Origin: Desulfomonilia bacterium | GTDB taxonomy: Bacteria > Desulfobacterota > Desulfomonilia > UBA1062 | NCBI GenBank assembly: GCA_963664325.2 | Contig: CAXXDQ010000003.1 | Location: forward strand, 672,001-736,000 | Length of the DNA stretch: 64,000 nt | Direction of reading: 5' to 3' | In this document: one piece after another, positions 38,360-48,376 of the stretch | Position numbering within the stretch: the first letter of the stretch is position 1 | Layout of the letters: every line of letters starts with the position of its first letter | Notes under the pieces: model-generated | Databases searched by the model: none | The model's input: the letters and a program-made list of their open reading frames with translations, nothing else | Told to the model about the DNA's origin: nothing | Made by a program: the position numbers and the translations under genes

Positions 38360-39559
38360 TTGAATTACAGGTTTAAAACTCACGATTATATCATCTTTGC
38401 TCTCAGTTATGTTTTCTTTGCCCTTTATGCAGTTGACATGACGGGCCAGGCTGTACTTCCAGTCGACCTGCCGGCTTGGGTTTATCTCATTGTGGCAGTC
38501 CTTCTTAATGTCTGGGTATTACCATTGCCAGGCATTCATCCAAGGCTTCCAAAACCGGAAGTATCCCTGCCCGAATTGCCGCCGTCAGAAGAGATAAAGG
38601 TTATCCCGAAAGAAAAGCCTGTTCCGGAAAAAGAGGCTGTATCAGCACAGAAAAAACTCGAAAAGGGACTCTCAAAAACCCACAAAGGTTTCATAGACAG
38701 GATAGCTTCGGTATTCAGCAGGCATGAAAAGATTGACGCCGCTGTTTTAAATGATCTGGAAGAAACGCTTGTCGGTACGGACATAGGGATCAAGACGGCG
38801 TACAAGATATTCGAAGACATTAAGAAAGAAATTGTATCAGTGGACAGTGCAGATGCTGCAATGAACATGGTTCGTGCGGAAATCAGCCGTATTCTGGCAC
38901 AGAGGGAAAGGCATCTCGATATCACAAATGGCGTAAAGCCGTATGTTATAATGGTAAGCGGGGTCAACGGTTCGGGAAAGACCACGACCATCGCCAAGAT
39001 AGCATGGCTCCTCAAGAACCAGGGCAAGAGCGTTATTATCGCAGCAGCGGACACATTCAGGGCGGCTGCAATAGAACAGCTCGAGCATTGGGCGAACAAG
39101 TCCGGTGCCGATTTTATAAAATCCCAGGAAGGGGCGGACCCTTCCTCGGTTGCCTATGACGGCCTGGAGGCTGCAATTAAGAGGGGGCATGACGTGCTCA
39201 TAATCGATACCGCCGGACGCCTCCATACCCGTGAAAACCTGATGGAGGAGCTGAAAAAGACAAAGCGGGTTCTGGATAAGAAGATGCCAGGCGCGCCGAA
39301 CGAGGTGCTGCTTGTCCTTGATGCGACAATAGGCCAGAACGCCATCGAGCAGACACGGCAGTTCAACAATGCGATTGATGTGACCGGGATCGTACTGACA
39401 AAAATGGACGGGTCGTCAAAGGGCGGGGTCATAGTCGGTATAGCAGATGAATTTGATATACCTATACGTTTCGTGGGTGTCGGAGAGGCCATGGATGACC
39501 TTCAGGAATTTAACGCGGGTCATTTCGTGGAAGCCCTTTTCAAGAATAATGCCGAATGA
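38360..39559 (+). CDS. ftsY: signal recognition particle receptor FtsY
   Basis: GVNGSGKTTT, DTFRAAA, DTAGRL, TKMDGSSKGG. Confidence 0.97.
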   Translation: MNYRFKTHDYIIFALSYVFFALYAVDMTGQAVLPVDLPAWVYLIVAVLLNVWVLPLPGIHPRLPKPEVSLPELPPSEEIKVIPKEKPVPEKEAVSAQKKLEKGLSKTHKGFIDRIASVFSRHEKIDAAVLNDLEETLVGTDIGIKTAYKIFEDIKKEIVSVDSADAAMNMVRAEISRILAQRERHLDITNGVKPYVIMVSGVNGSGKTTTIAKIAWLLKNQGKSVIIAAADTFRAAAIEQLEHWANKSGADFIKSQEGADPSSVAYDGLEAAIKRGHDVLIIDTAGRLHTRENLMEELKKTKRVLDKKMPGAPNEVLLVLDATIGQNAIEQTRQFNNAIDVTGIVLTKMDGSSKGGVIVGIADEFDIPIRFVGVGEAMDDLQEFNAGHFVEALFKNNAE

Positions 39560-39566
39560 GGGAAAG

Positions 39567-40565
39567 ATGATTAAAATTTCTCCGGAAAGGCTTACCGTTA
39601 TATTTGATGCAATGTCCCAAAAAAACATTCTCATTATAGGCGACATCATGCTGGATGAGTATATCTGGGGTACGGTCGAACGCATATCCCCCGAAGCCCC
39701 GGTGCCTGTTGTGAACGTCAGGGAAGAGACATTCAGGCTGGGCGGGGCCGGAAATGTCGTCAGGAACCTGAGAAGTCTTAATGCCGGCGTCAAGATGTTT
39801 TCCGTAATAGGCAGCGACAGACAGGGAGAAACGATATTTGACCTTCTCATGGACGAAGGGGTCGATGCCGGTGGCCTCATAAAAGATGATTTGCGCAGGA
39901 CGATAGTCAAGACACGGATAATCGCGCATACCCAGCAGGTTGTCCGGATCGACAAGGAAGACAGGGAACACATCTCCCCCGACAACACGCAGAAACTCTT
40001 ATCGGCAGTAAAACAGAATATGACAGGCGCTGATGCAGTCATTCTTTCAGATTACGGGAAAGGCCTGCTTAACACAGGGCTTATTGCGGATATAATTGCC
40101 GAAGCAGGTAAATACGGTCTGCTCGTGAGTGTTGATCCGAAAGAGAGGAATTTTCCTCATTATAAGAATGCCGGCATAATTACGCCGAACAAGAAGGAGC
40201 TTGCCTTCGGGGCTGGCATGTCGATTTCCTCTGAAAAGGATATGGCTGAGGCGGCGGGCCGTATATTTGACATGCTCGGATGCAGAATGATTCTTGCTAC
40301 GCGCGGGGCCGAGGGCATGAGCCTTTTCGAAAGCAGGGACGATGTGACCCATATCCCGACCGCAGCGAAAATGGTATTTGATGTGACAGGTGCGGGAGAC
40401 ACCGTCATATCTGTATTTACACTGGCTAGCGCGTCAGGTGCAACGCCTGTCGAGGCGGCGGCAATCTCGAATATTGCGGCGGGTATCGTTGTAGGCGAAG
40501 TCGGTGCGGCGACAGTCGGTTTCGAAGTATTGAAACACGCATGCATGGAGGAACTGGGTGGGTAG
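39567..40565 (+). CDS. hldA: D-glycero-beta-D-manno-heptose-7-phosphate kinase (RfaE domain I)
   Basis: GDIMLDEY, RISPEAPVPV, LGGAGNV, SDYGKG, DVTGAGDT. Confidence 0.93.
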   Translation: MIKISPERLTVIFDAMSQKNILIIGDIMLDEYIWGTVERISPEAPVPVVNVREETFRLGGAGNVVRNLRSLNAGVKMFSVIGSDRQGETIFDLLMDEGVDAGGLIKDDLRRTIVKTRIIAHTQQVVRIDKEDREHISPDNTQKLLSAVKQNMTGADAVILSDYGKGLLNTGLIADIIAEAGKYGLLVSVDPKERNFPHYKNAGIITPNKKELAFGAGMSISSEKDMAEAAGRIFDMLGCRMILATRGAEGMSLFESRDDVTHIPTAAKMVFDVTGAGDTVISVFTLASASGATPVEAAAISNIAAGIVVGEVGAATVGFEVLKHACMEELGG

Positions 40566-41085
40566 CATACATCTTCCCAGGGATGTGATGCTTTTCGCAA
40601 GCATCATTTACCGGAAAAACCCGGACGATGCACTCGTGCTGCTTGAAAAGGAATTTGGAAACGTTGTTTATCAAAGCATTGAACTGCCGTTTGATTATAC
40701 AGATTATTATGAAACCGAGATGGGTACAGAGCTTAAAAGAATGATAGTCGCCTTCGAGCGGCTCGTCCCTAGAGATTTCATGCCCGAGGCTAAAATAAAG
40801 TCAAACGGGATTGAAGATGTTTTTTTAAAAGATGGGAAAAGGTGTATAAACATCGACCCCGGTATATTGTCTCTTGAAAATGTATGTCTGGCAACGACGA
40901 AGCCCTACAGTCACCGAATATACCTGTCCCAGGGCATATGGGCGGAAGTTACATTGATTTACAAAGGCGATACATATTCGGGTCTTGAATGGACGTACCC
41001 GGATTATGCTTCGGAAGAACTTAGAAAAGTCTTTAAGGAAATCAGAAATATATACAAAGGAGGGCTGAAATGCCAGGCAGCATGA
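40558..41085 (+). CDS. DUF4416 family protein
   Basis: FDYTDYYETEMG, NIDPG, LATTK.YSHRIYL..GI.AE, WTYPDY. Confidence 0.88.
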   Translation: MGSIHLPRDVMLFASIIYRKNPDDALVLLEKEFGNVVYQSIELPFDYTDYYETEMGTELKRMIVAFERLVPRDFMPEAKIKSNGIEDVFLKDGKRCINIDPGILSLENVCLATTKPYSHRIYLSQGIWAEVTLIYKGDTYSGLEWTYPDYASEELRKVFKEIRNIYKGGLKCQAA

Positions 41086-41927
41086 CAGGGTATGGCCATG
41101 CGGAAGAGGGTGGATATCTTGTTGAAATAAAGGGTTTGAATCACAGGTACAAGGACATTCGCGTAAAGCTGCCGCGCGATCTTAACCAGATTGAGATGCA
41201 GGTCCGTTCCTCTGTTTCCGACTCGATTCAGAGGGGAAAAGTGGATGTCATAATAACAAGGAATATTGCCGAGGCGGAAAAGCAGGGACTTAAAATAAAC
41301 TGGGATTATGCAAAAGCGGTTTACACCGATTTGAAGACAATGGCCGGGCATTTCGGAGGCGAGGCCTCTTTCAGGGACGTTATTTCAATTCCAGGTGTTG
41401 TAGGAGAAGAAGAAAAGCTGATCGAGGAGCAGTGGGGATTGATCAGCATGCCGCTTGAAAGGGCTTTAAAGGCTTTTCTTGATTCAAGATTGGAGGAAGG
41501 GGAAAAGCTGGGCAGGGATATGGCTGAAAGGATACAGGTGCTTGAAAGCATACGTTTATCGATAGAATCATCTTCTGCGGCAATGCCGAAGATATTTGCC
41601 GAGCGGCTCAATACAAATATAAACAGTCTGCTGCAGGGTAAGATCCAGGTTGATGAAGTAAGGCTTGCACAGGAGATTGCCATAATGGCTGAACGGTGCG
41701 ATATAACTGAAGAGGTGGTAAGGCTTAAAAGTCATTTTGATGTTTTCGGGCAGGCTTTAAAATCGGCAAGTGCTGCAGGCAGGAGGCTGGAATTCATACT
41801 CCAGGAGATAAACAGGGAATTCAATACGATAGGGTCCAAGTCTCAGGATGCTTCTATCAGCATCTTTGTCATAGATGCCAAAACAGAGATTGAGAAGATA
41901 AGGGAACAGTTGCAGAATATAGAATGA
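41070..41927 (+). CDS. yicC: YicC/YloC family endoribonuclease
   Basis: SMTGYG, NHRY, RGKVD, DITEEVVRL.SH, QEINREFNTIGSK, EKIREQLQNIE. Confidence 0.95.
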   Translation: MPGSMTGYGHAEEGGYLVEIKGLNHRYKDIRVKLPRDLNQIEMQVRSSVSDSIQRGKVDVIITRNIAEAEKQGLKINWDYAKAVYTDLKTMAGHFGGEASFRDVISIPGVVGEEEKLIEEQWGLISMPLERALKAFLDSRLEEGEKLGRDMAERIQVLESIRLSIESSSAAMPKIFAERLNTNINSLLQGKIQVDEVRLAQEIAIMAERCDITEEVVRLKSHFDVFGQALKSASAAGRRLEFILQEINREFNTIGSKSQDASISIFVIDAKTEIEKIREQLQNIE

Positions 41928-41936
41928 ATAAGAGGG

Positions 41937-42233
41937 GTGTTTATGGCAAGGAATGAGAGCAAACTTTTAAACATTGGCTTTAACAACGGTGTGGTATCTA
42001 ACAGGATCATCGCTATTGTAAATCCCGCTTCATCCCCCATGAAAAGGATGCGCGAGGATGCAAAGGACAGAGGGCAGCTCATTGATGCGACACAGGGAAG
42101 AAAGACGCGTTCAATAATAATAACTGACAGCTCGCACGTCATCCTCAGCGCAATCCAGGCAGAGACGATTGCAAACAGGCTTAATGAAGGAGCGCTCAGG
42201 GAAGAAGACAGGTCGGTAAGGGAACAGGATTGA
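41937..42233 (+). CDS. remA: DUF370/RemA family regulator
   Basis: [45 protein letters not shown]. Confidence 0.92.
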   Translation: MFMARNESKLLNIGFNNGVVSNRIIAIVNPASSPMKRMREDAKDRGQLIDATQGRKTRSIIITDSSHVILSAIQAETIANRLNEGALREEDRSVREQD

Positions 42234-42826
42234 GGATATTCATATCAGGACCCTCAGGGGTCGGCAAATCTACAATAATACGGGAACTGCTTAATAGTGA
42301 TCCCGGAATACTTCTGTCAATATCATACACGACCAGAAGTCCAAGGCCGTCCGAAATCAACGGGAGGGAGTACTTTTTTATCGGGACTACCGAATTTGAA
42401 AAAATGATTTCGGAATCGGGCTTCCTTGAATGGGCGCATGTGCATAAAGACTATTACGGGACATCTCTGAAATGGGTGGATGAAAAGGAGAAACAGGGGA
42501 AAAACATACTGTTTGATATTGATGTCCAGGGTGTAAGACAGGCCAGGGCGAAAGGCTCTGAAGGCTCGTATATAATGATTATCCCGCCCGATATGGCCGA
42601 GCTTGAAAAACGGCTTGTCGGGAGAGGAACCGAGAGCAGGGAGTCGCTGGAAATAAGGCTTGAAAATGCGATAAAGGAGCTTTCCTGCTGGGAGATGTAT
42701 GACTATATAGTCGTTAATGATTCCCTTGAAAGGGCGGTGGAGGATATTCAGACGATTATCAGGGCTTATGGCCTGACGGGAAAACAGGTGGCCGGGAGGA
42801 CCGCATGGCTGCAAAAGATAAAATAA
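42230..42826 (+). CDS. gmk: guanylate kinase
   Basis: [38 protein letters not shown]. Confidence 0.96.
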   Translation: MRIFISGPSGVGKSTIIRELLNSDPGILLSISYTTRSPRPSEINGREYFFIGTTEFEKMISESGFLEWAHVHKDYYGTSLKWVDEKEKQGKNILFDIDVQGVRQARAKGSEGSYIMIIPPDMAELEKRLVGRGTESRESLEIRLENAIKELSCWEMYDYIVVNDSLERAVEDIQTIIRAYGLTGKQVAGRTAWLQKIK

Positions 42827-43524
42827 TTTTTGCTCTCGATGTTGCAAACAAAGATGAGGCCTCGAAATGGATATCGGTCCTGAAAGGCAGGGTCGGTTTT
42901 TTTAAAATCGGTCTTGAGCTTTTCACAGCGGCTGGCCCCGATATTGTCAGTCAGGTCAAGGCAGCCGGTATTAGGGTTTTTCTCGATTTGAAATTCCATG
43001 ACATACCCAATACAGTGGCCGGTGCCGTCAGGTCGGCGGTAAGACTCGGTGTCGACATGATGACCCTTCACCTTTCCGGAGGCAGTGCAATGATTGCAGC
43101 GGGAGTTGATGCGGCCCGTGAAGAATCATCCAATCTGGGTCTGAAGAAGCCGAGGATTATCGGTGTCAGCGTCCTGACATCCCTTGGAGATTCCGATATG
43201 AAAGAACTCGGGTTCAGATCGAACGCCGTGGAACAGGTCATGACCCTTTTATCCGTTGCATTGAAATCGGGTGCTGACGGCATGGTATGTTCACCCGCCG
43301 ATCTTGACCGTGTAAGCCCGCTTGCACCAAAAGGTTTCACAATTATCACTCCGGGCGTGAGACCTGCCGGGACTGATAAGGGTGACCAGTCACGGGTTGC
43401 CACCCCGGCATCTGCGATTAAGGCCGGTTCGAGCCTGCTTGTAATAGGCAGGCCGATAAGTGCAGCGATAGACCCGGTCAAAGCAGTCGAACTCATCGTA
43501 TCGGAAATGGAAGCTGCCGGCTGA
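42805..43524 (+). CDS. pyrF: orotidine-5'-phosphate decarboxylase
   Basis: ALDV, KIGLELF, FLDLKFHDIPNTV, TPGVRP, DQSRV.TP, VIGRPI. Confidence 0.97.
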   Translation: MAAKDKIIFALDVANKDEASKWISVLKGRVGFFKIGLELFTAAGPDIVSQVKAAGIRVFLDLKFHDIPNTVAGAVRSAVRLGVDMMTLHLSGGSAMIAAGVDAAREESSNLGLKKPRIIGVSVLTSLGDSDMKELGFRSNAVEQVMTLLSVALKSGADGMVCSPADLDRVSPLAPKGFTIITPGVRPAGTDKGDQSRVATPASAIKAGSSLLVIGRPISAAIDPVKAVELIVSEMEAAG

Positions 43525-43551
43525 GAAGAGGCCGGGCCCGGGTCACGGTGA

Positions 43552-44346
43552 ATGATGTACAAGAATTTATTTGCTGCATGCCTGGTAATATCAATTGGAT
43601 TTCATATAATTCTTGCAGTCTTTATAATCAGTCATAAGCCCGTCTCAGAAAACATACCAGTTGTATCTGTTCAACAGGTAAGCCTTGTCGGAAATATTAA
43701 GTCCGGTTTAAAGTCTATCGTGATTGCCGAGACAAACAAACCCATTCGGGATATTCCAAGTCCGATGCTGGAAAAAATATCATCCGGATTGGAGAAAATA
43801 CGACCCGGAACCAATTCTTCTGATATGTCCAGACCGCTTGATGCGAAAACAGAAAACTCCTCTGCAGGCTCCGGACTTGGAAACGCATCAAAACCGGTGA
43901 ATGAAGAAAAAGAGGAAAAGGGCAGCCCGGCATCCGGGTTGTCAGGTACGGAAACGGTCAGAGGAAATGGGGGAGATAATCATGTTCCTGTCAGCCGGAC
44001 CTTGAACGGTGCCCAATACGGCATCACAAAAGCGCACCTTATTAATCAGCCGGATATCCGCTATGATGAAATGTCAAGGAGGCGCGGGGAGGAGGGCAAT
44101 GTGGGCGTAGCCCTTGAGATTGACAGGTCGGGCAATCCCAGAAAGGTAAGGCTTACGGAGTCTTCGGGTTATCCGAGGCTGGACAGGGTTGCTTTAAACG
44201 GGATTCGTTCCTCACGTTTTTCACCGACCATGAAAAGCGGAAGGCCGGTTGAGTCCGAAGTCGAATATACAATTATTTTCAGGCTGAAGGATGAGAAATC
44301 CGGCATGATGATTGAAGAAGACAGAAATGTCAGGATTCTGGAGTAA
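43552..44346 (+). CDS. energy transducer TonB family protein
   Basis: N-terminal TM with SxxxH; C-terminal SRRRGEEG.V, SSGYPRLD. Confidence 0.85.
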   Translation: MMYKNLFAACLVISIGFHIILAVFIISHKPVSENIPVVSVQQVSLVGNIKSGLKSIVIAETNKPIRDIPSPMLEKISSGLEKIRPGTNSSDMSRPLDAKTENSSAGSGLGNASKPVNEEKEEKGSPASGLSGTETVRGNGGDNHVPVSRTLNGAQYGITKAHLINQPDIRYDEMSRRRGEEGNVGVALEIDRSGNPRKVRLTESSGYPRLDRVALNGIRSSRFSPTMKSGRPVESEVEYTIIFRLKDEKSGMMIEEDRNVRILE

Positions 44347-44352
44347 TAATAA

Positions 44353-45420
44353 TCAGGGTCTCTCTGCTTGATCCTTTACCTCTATGTCGGACGAAGTTGC
44401 ATATATATCCCATGCTGTTATGAACAGGGAAGCAATGATCGGACCTATGATAAAGCCGAGTATTCCAAAGAGGGTCAATCCACCGAGGGTGCTGAAGAGG
44501 ATCATTAATTCATGCATCTCGGTATCCCGGCCGACAAGCCAGGGCCGCATCAGGTTGTCAATGCTGCCGACAACAATGCTGCAAAAAACAAGGAGAATGA
44601 CAGCCTTTATCATGTGACCGGTCAAGGCCAGCATTATCACGGCGGGAAACCAGACAATAGCTGTGCCGATAATCGGGATTATTGAGGCAAATGTCATGAT
44701 CGTGCCCCAGAAGATGGCGCTTTCGATTCCGAGGACCCAGAAGGCCATTCCCTGAAGCGTGCCCTGTACAATGCCTATTACGAGAGTCCCTTTTATTGCC
44801 GCGCGCGATACTGATCTGAATTTTTCAAGAATGCCTATAGCTGTGTCTTTCGGCAACGGTAGATAATAAACGAATTTAGAGAGTATTTCAGTGCCCTGTT
44901 TAAGGAAAAAGAACATCGAGTAAAGGAATATGAAGAACTGAAATACAAAATTTACAGTCCAGAGAGTCAGGAAAGAAGCCCCTGAAACAATCAGATTGCT
45001 TATTTTCCCCACACTTTCACCGGTTTTTTGAACAATCAGGTCTTGATAGCCTGCAAGGGCTTTTAACTGGGGAATATATTGTGTGAGTTTTTCAAAGGGG
45101 TTTGGTTTGTTTATCCATTCATCCATCCAGGGCCTGATTGCCGTGCTGATTTTGACAGCCTCATTGGCAACAAGTACAAGTAATATTGCCAAAGGGATGA
45201 AGAAAAGAAGGAATATGATGGCTATGGTTATGAAGGATGCGAGATTCTTTCTGCCGTGAACCCATTGATCGATGCGTATATATAAAGGTCGGGCCAGAGA
45301 GGAAAATATTGCGGAGAGCAATATGGCCATCAGGAAATCACGTATCATGTAAAGAAAGACGGCTGTTATTGCCAGCACTACAACAAGAATCATAATCCTG
45401 TTAGTTGTCGGACGTTCCAT
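44353..45420 (-). CDS. AI-2E family transporter
   Basis: Multi-TM; SIIPIIGT, DNLMRPWLVG, GG...FG..GFIIGP. Confidence 0.92.
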   Translation of the reverse strand: MERPTTNRIMILVVVLAITAVFLYMIRDFLMAILLSAIFSSLARPLYIRIDQWVHGRKNLASFITIAIIFLLFFIPLAILLVLVANEAVKISTAIRPWMDEWINKPNPFEKLTQYIPQLKALAGYQDLIVQKTGESVGKISNLIVSGASFLTLWTVNFVFQFFIFLYSMFFFLKQGTEILSKFVYYLPLPKDTAIGILEKFRSVSRAAIKGTLVIGIVQGTLQGMAFWVLGIESAIFWGTIMTFASIIPIIGTAIVWFPAVIMLALTGHMIKAVILLVFCSIVVGSIDNLMRPWLVGRDTEMHELMILFSTLGGLTLFGILGFIIGPIIASLFITAWDIYATSSDIEVKDQAERP

Positions 45421-45442
45421 CAGCCACCTTTATTGGAAGAAA

Positions 45443-45468
45443 GGGTCATCCCAAGCTTGGGATGACCC
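45443..45468. terminator. perfect 26-bp palindrome, terminator-like
   Basis: GGGTCATCCCAAGCTTGGGATGACCC just downstream of the FadL-like gene. Confidence 0.55.
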
Positions 45469-45485
45469 ATGTATAATTTTTTTTG

Positions 45486-46892
45486 TTACCACGCTATGTT
45501 AAGGTTCAGTCCTGCAGCAAAGGAATTTCCCTTTACCTCATAACTGACCTGGTTAAGCCAGCTCTGACCGCCGGTAACACCATCCTTAATGACTGTTATA
45601 CCCTTGAGCTGCTGATATTGAAGTACTCCTTCAACCTTAAGCGGCTGTTTGAATATATTCCATGGGAATATGAACTGATACCCGGCCCCGAGCGAGAAAA
45701 TATTTTTGTCAAGGTCGATATAGTTGGATATTTTGCCGGACTGGTCAGGTACAGGAGAAGGCTGATATACGTAACCTGCATTGATGTTCAGGTTCTTGAT
45801 GCCCTTGTATGATACGCCTATGCGGTAATTGGTCGTGTCGCTGAAGTCCGGGTCTGGATATCCGTTGACACTGTCTGTAGTGGATAACCCATACTTGCTC
45901 CATTTCTGGAGGTTGGCCTCTATCGAGACAAGTACCGGTTCGGTGTCGATTGCCAGGCCCAGTGAATATTCTTCTGGCGTGAAATAGCAGTTCATGTCCA
46001 GCATCATAGGCATGGTATAAGTAATTCCGCCAATCTCCAGTTCTGTTGTAACCGGAATAGGCCCCAGCTTGAGTTCCTGCTCGCCTCGCCAGGAGAATCC
46101 GAGTTTGATTTTTGCCTTTGTCTTTTCTTCAAGCACAGGGGAAGCGAGCAATATGCCAGCCGTAGGTACATATTCAAATACTGCTCCGAATTCGGATTCG
46201 GCCTCGACATCCTGGTATGAATTATAAGGACTATCGCTGCTGCTTCCGCTGAACAGGCCGTTCACATAGAATTTACCGGGGCCGTGCAGCATGGCCTGTA
46301 TTCCCCCGCCAATATATGCAATATCCTTGTAAGCCTCAATCCCAAGTCCTGCTGCAAGAGTAATACGGTTGATGTCATCTCCGTAACGGATAAAATGAGG
46401 CTGGTCAGGCGGATAGTCATGAAGCCTGTACGATACATCACCCTGTTCGGGAATGCCGGCGGCGATTCCCAGTTGCGCATGAATGGGCATTTTGACGATC
46501 TTGTTAATATCGATCATCAGGCCCAGAACAGGTATTCCCAGATTAAGCCCGTTTGCAGCAGTCGCCTCGGTCGGATCGTTTCTGACGCCTGAATCGATAT
46601 TATTGGGGTTGTTGTATATTTTGAGCGAACCGCCGCTGAGCTTATCAACCTTTATACTGGGAGATGTGTACAGGTATTCAAGCGAAAGCCCGAGGCCCTT
46701 GCTTTGGGCAAGACCGGCCGGATTGTAATATGCGGCGGAGAAGTCGTCCGCAACAGCAGTGAATGCCCCGCCTAATGAAATGGCCCTGTTGCCGATGCCG
46801 TACGTATCGGTATAGCCGGAAGCAAAAGCCGGCGAACTGCACATAGCGACTGCAAGAATTATCGATATATAAAGGATTGTTTTGTTTTTCAT
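45486..46892 (-). CDS. FadL/OmpP1/TodX-family outer-membrane transporter
   Basis: Signal peptide; RAISLGGAFTAVADDFSAAYYNPAGL; C-terminal W. Confidence 0.9.
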   Translation of the reverse strand: MKNKTILYISIILAVAMCSSPAFASGYTDTYGIGNRAISLGGAFTAVADDFSAAYYNPAGLAQSKGLGLSLEYLYTSPSIKVDKLSGGSLKIYNNPNNIDSGVRNDPTEATAANGLNLGIPVLGLMIDINKIVKMPIHAQLGIAAGIPEQGDVSYRLHDYPPDQPHFIRYGDDINRITLAAGLGIEAYKDIAYIGGGIQAMLHGPGKFYVNGLFSGSSSDSPYNSYQDVEAESEFGAVFEYVPTAGILLASPVLEEKTKAKIKLGFSWRGEQELKLGPIPVTTELEIGGITYTMPMMLDMNCYFTPEEYSLGLAIDTEPVLVSIEANLQKWSKYGLSTTDSVNGYPDPDFSDTTNYRIGVSYKGIKNLNINAGYVYQPSPVPDQSGKISNYIDLDKNIFSLGAGYQFIFPWNIFKQPLKVEGVLQYQQLKGITVIKDGVTGGQSWLNQVSYEVKGNSFAAGLNLNIAW

Positions 46893-46914
46893 AGTCTTAT
46901 CCTTCTTCATTGTA

Positions 46915-48276
46915 TTACCAGCTAAAGCTGAGATTGATTCCGCCGGCAAGGGCGTTGCCCTTGACTGTGTAGCTCACCTGATCCACCCAGGTTGCCCCTT
47001 TTACGCCATCCTTGTTCACATTCAACGTTTGAAGAAGCTGGTATGAAAGCATTGCCCCCACGGTCATCGGTTTATTGAGTGCAAAGGGGACATTGAAAGT
47101 ATACCTTCCCCCGAGGGAAAATATGTCCTTGTCCATATCGATATAATTGGATATCACGCCTGACTGGTCGGGCACAGGCGTCGGCTGATGGCAGTAGCCA
47201 AAAGTGGCGTTGGCATTTTTATTGATTTTCCATTCAACTCCAAGACGGTAATTGATGGTGTCCTTGAAATCAGGCATGCCTGCAAATCCTGCTTGTGTGA
47301 GTTCATTTACCTTTTCTTCAGGCATTATATCGTAATCGCTCCATTTCTGCAGGTTGGCCTCAGCTGAAACCATCAGGAAATCAAAATCATAAGAGGCGCC
47401 GAGGGAATATTCTCTCGGCGTATAGAATGCCCAGAGTCCCATGACGATACCGATATTTCCCTGAAATGGCGAACCTATTGCAGTAATCAGTGTGGGAAGA
47501 GGGTCTACTTCAACCTGCTCCTTGTCTCTGAACGAAAAACCGATCTTAAGTTTCTTGTCCAGAGGCGTTACCATTATGCCGAAAAGGGGATCCATCTTTA
47601 AGAGATTGGACTGCTTTACCTCTGCGACGGCTTCCCCGTTCGAAGATGTCATATTCAGCCCGTCGACATATATCATCCCGTCGCCGTAAAGCATTGTCTG
47701 TGCGCCGATGCCGACATAGACGAGGTCTTTCCAGCACTCGACGCCAATGCCTATCGCTGCATGTATACGGTCGATATTATCGCCGTATCTTATGAAATGA
47801 GGCTGATCGACAGGGTAGGAATATATCCTGTACATGGTGTCACTGTGTTCCGGCATGGAGATTGCCATACCGAACTGGACATTTATGGGCATGTTAACAA
47901 TGTCGTTTACATCTATTCCCAACCCGATGAGCGGTATTGAAAGATCAAGTCCCCTTGAACTTCCCCTGTATTCAGTTGGGTTCGTCTTGACACTTCCGTT
48001 GGGCGTTGTGACAACCAGGTCGTTTCCCGCATCGTCTTCAACTTTTATCTTGGGTGACGTGTACATATAATCCAGGGTGACATAATTCCTGCTGCTTTGC
48101 GCAAGCCCGGCCGGATTGTAATAGGCGGCTGAATAGTCATCTGCAACAGCGGTAAAAGCGCCTCCCAGCGAAACGGCCCTTGATCCGAATCCCCAGGTGT
48201 CGGCAAAACCGGCGGCATGGGCGCTAAGGCCTGAACAGAGAAATACCGATAAAAAAAGAAGCAGTTTCTTGCCCAT
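46915..48276 (-). CDS. FadL/OmpP1/TodX-family outer-membrane transporter (paralogue)
   Basis: RAVSLGGAFTAVADDYSAAYYNPAGL; C-terminal FSW. Confidence 0.9.
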   Translation of the reverse strand: MGKKLLLFLSVFLCSGLSAHAAGFADTWGFGSRAVSLGGAFTAVADDYSAAYYNPAGLAQSSRNYVTLDYMYTSPKIKVEDDAGNDLVVTTPNGSVKTNPTEYRGSSRGLDLSIPLIGLGIDVNDIVNMPINVQFGMAISMPEHSDTMYRIYSYPVDQPHFIRYGDNIDRIHAAIGIGVECWKDLVYVGIGAQTMLYGDGMIYVDGLNMTSSNGEAVAEVKQSNLLKMDPLFGIMVTPLDKKLKIGFSFRDKEQVEVDPLPTLITAIGSPFQGNIGIVMGLWAFYTPREYSLGASYDFDFLMVSAEANLQKWSDYDIMPEEKVNELTQAGFAGMPDFKDTINYRLGVEWKINKNANATFGYCHQPTPVPDQSGVISNYIDMDKDIFSLGGRYTFNVPFALNKPMTVGAMLSYQLLQTLNVNKDGVKGATWVDQVSYTVKGNALAGGINLSFSW

Positions 48277-48376
48277 TTGTAACCCCTTTCAATGAAATAG
48301 TTTAAAGGGGGATGATTCTTTCATCATCCCCGGGAAAATCATAGAAGAAAAATTCGTGCTGATTTAGTCTGTTTGT

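Noticed and set aside
37760-38360. Riboswitch or small genes between the csgG-like gene and ftsY
   Set aside because: No recognisable aptamer consensus; short ORFs lack family motifs
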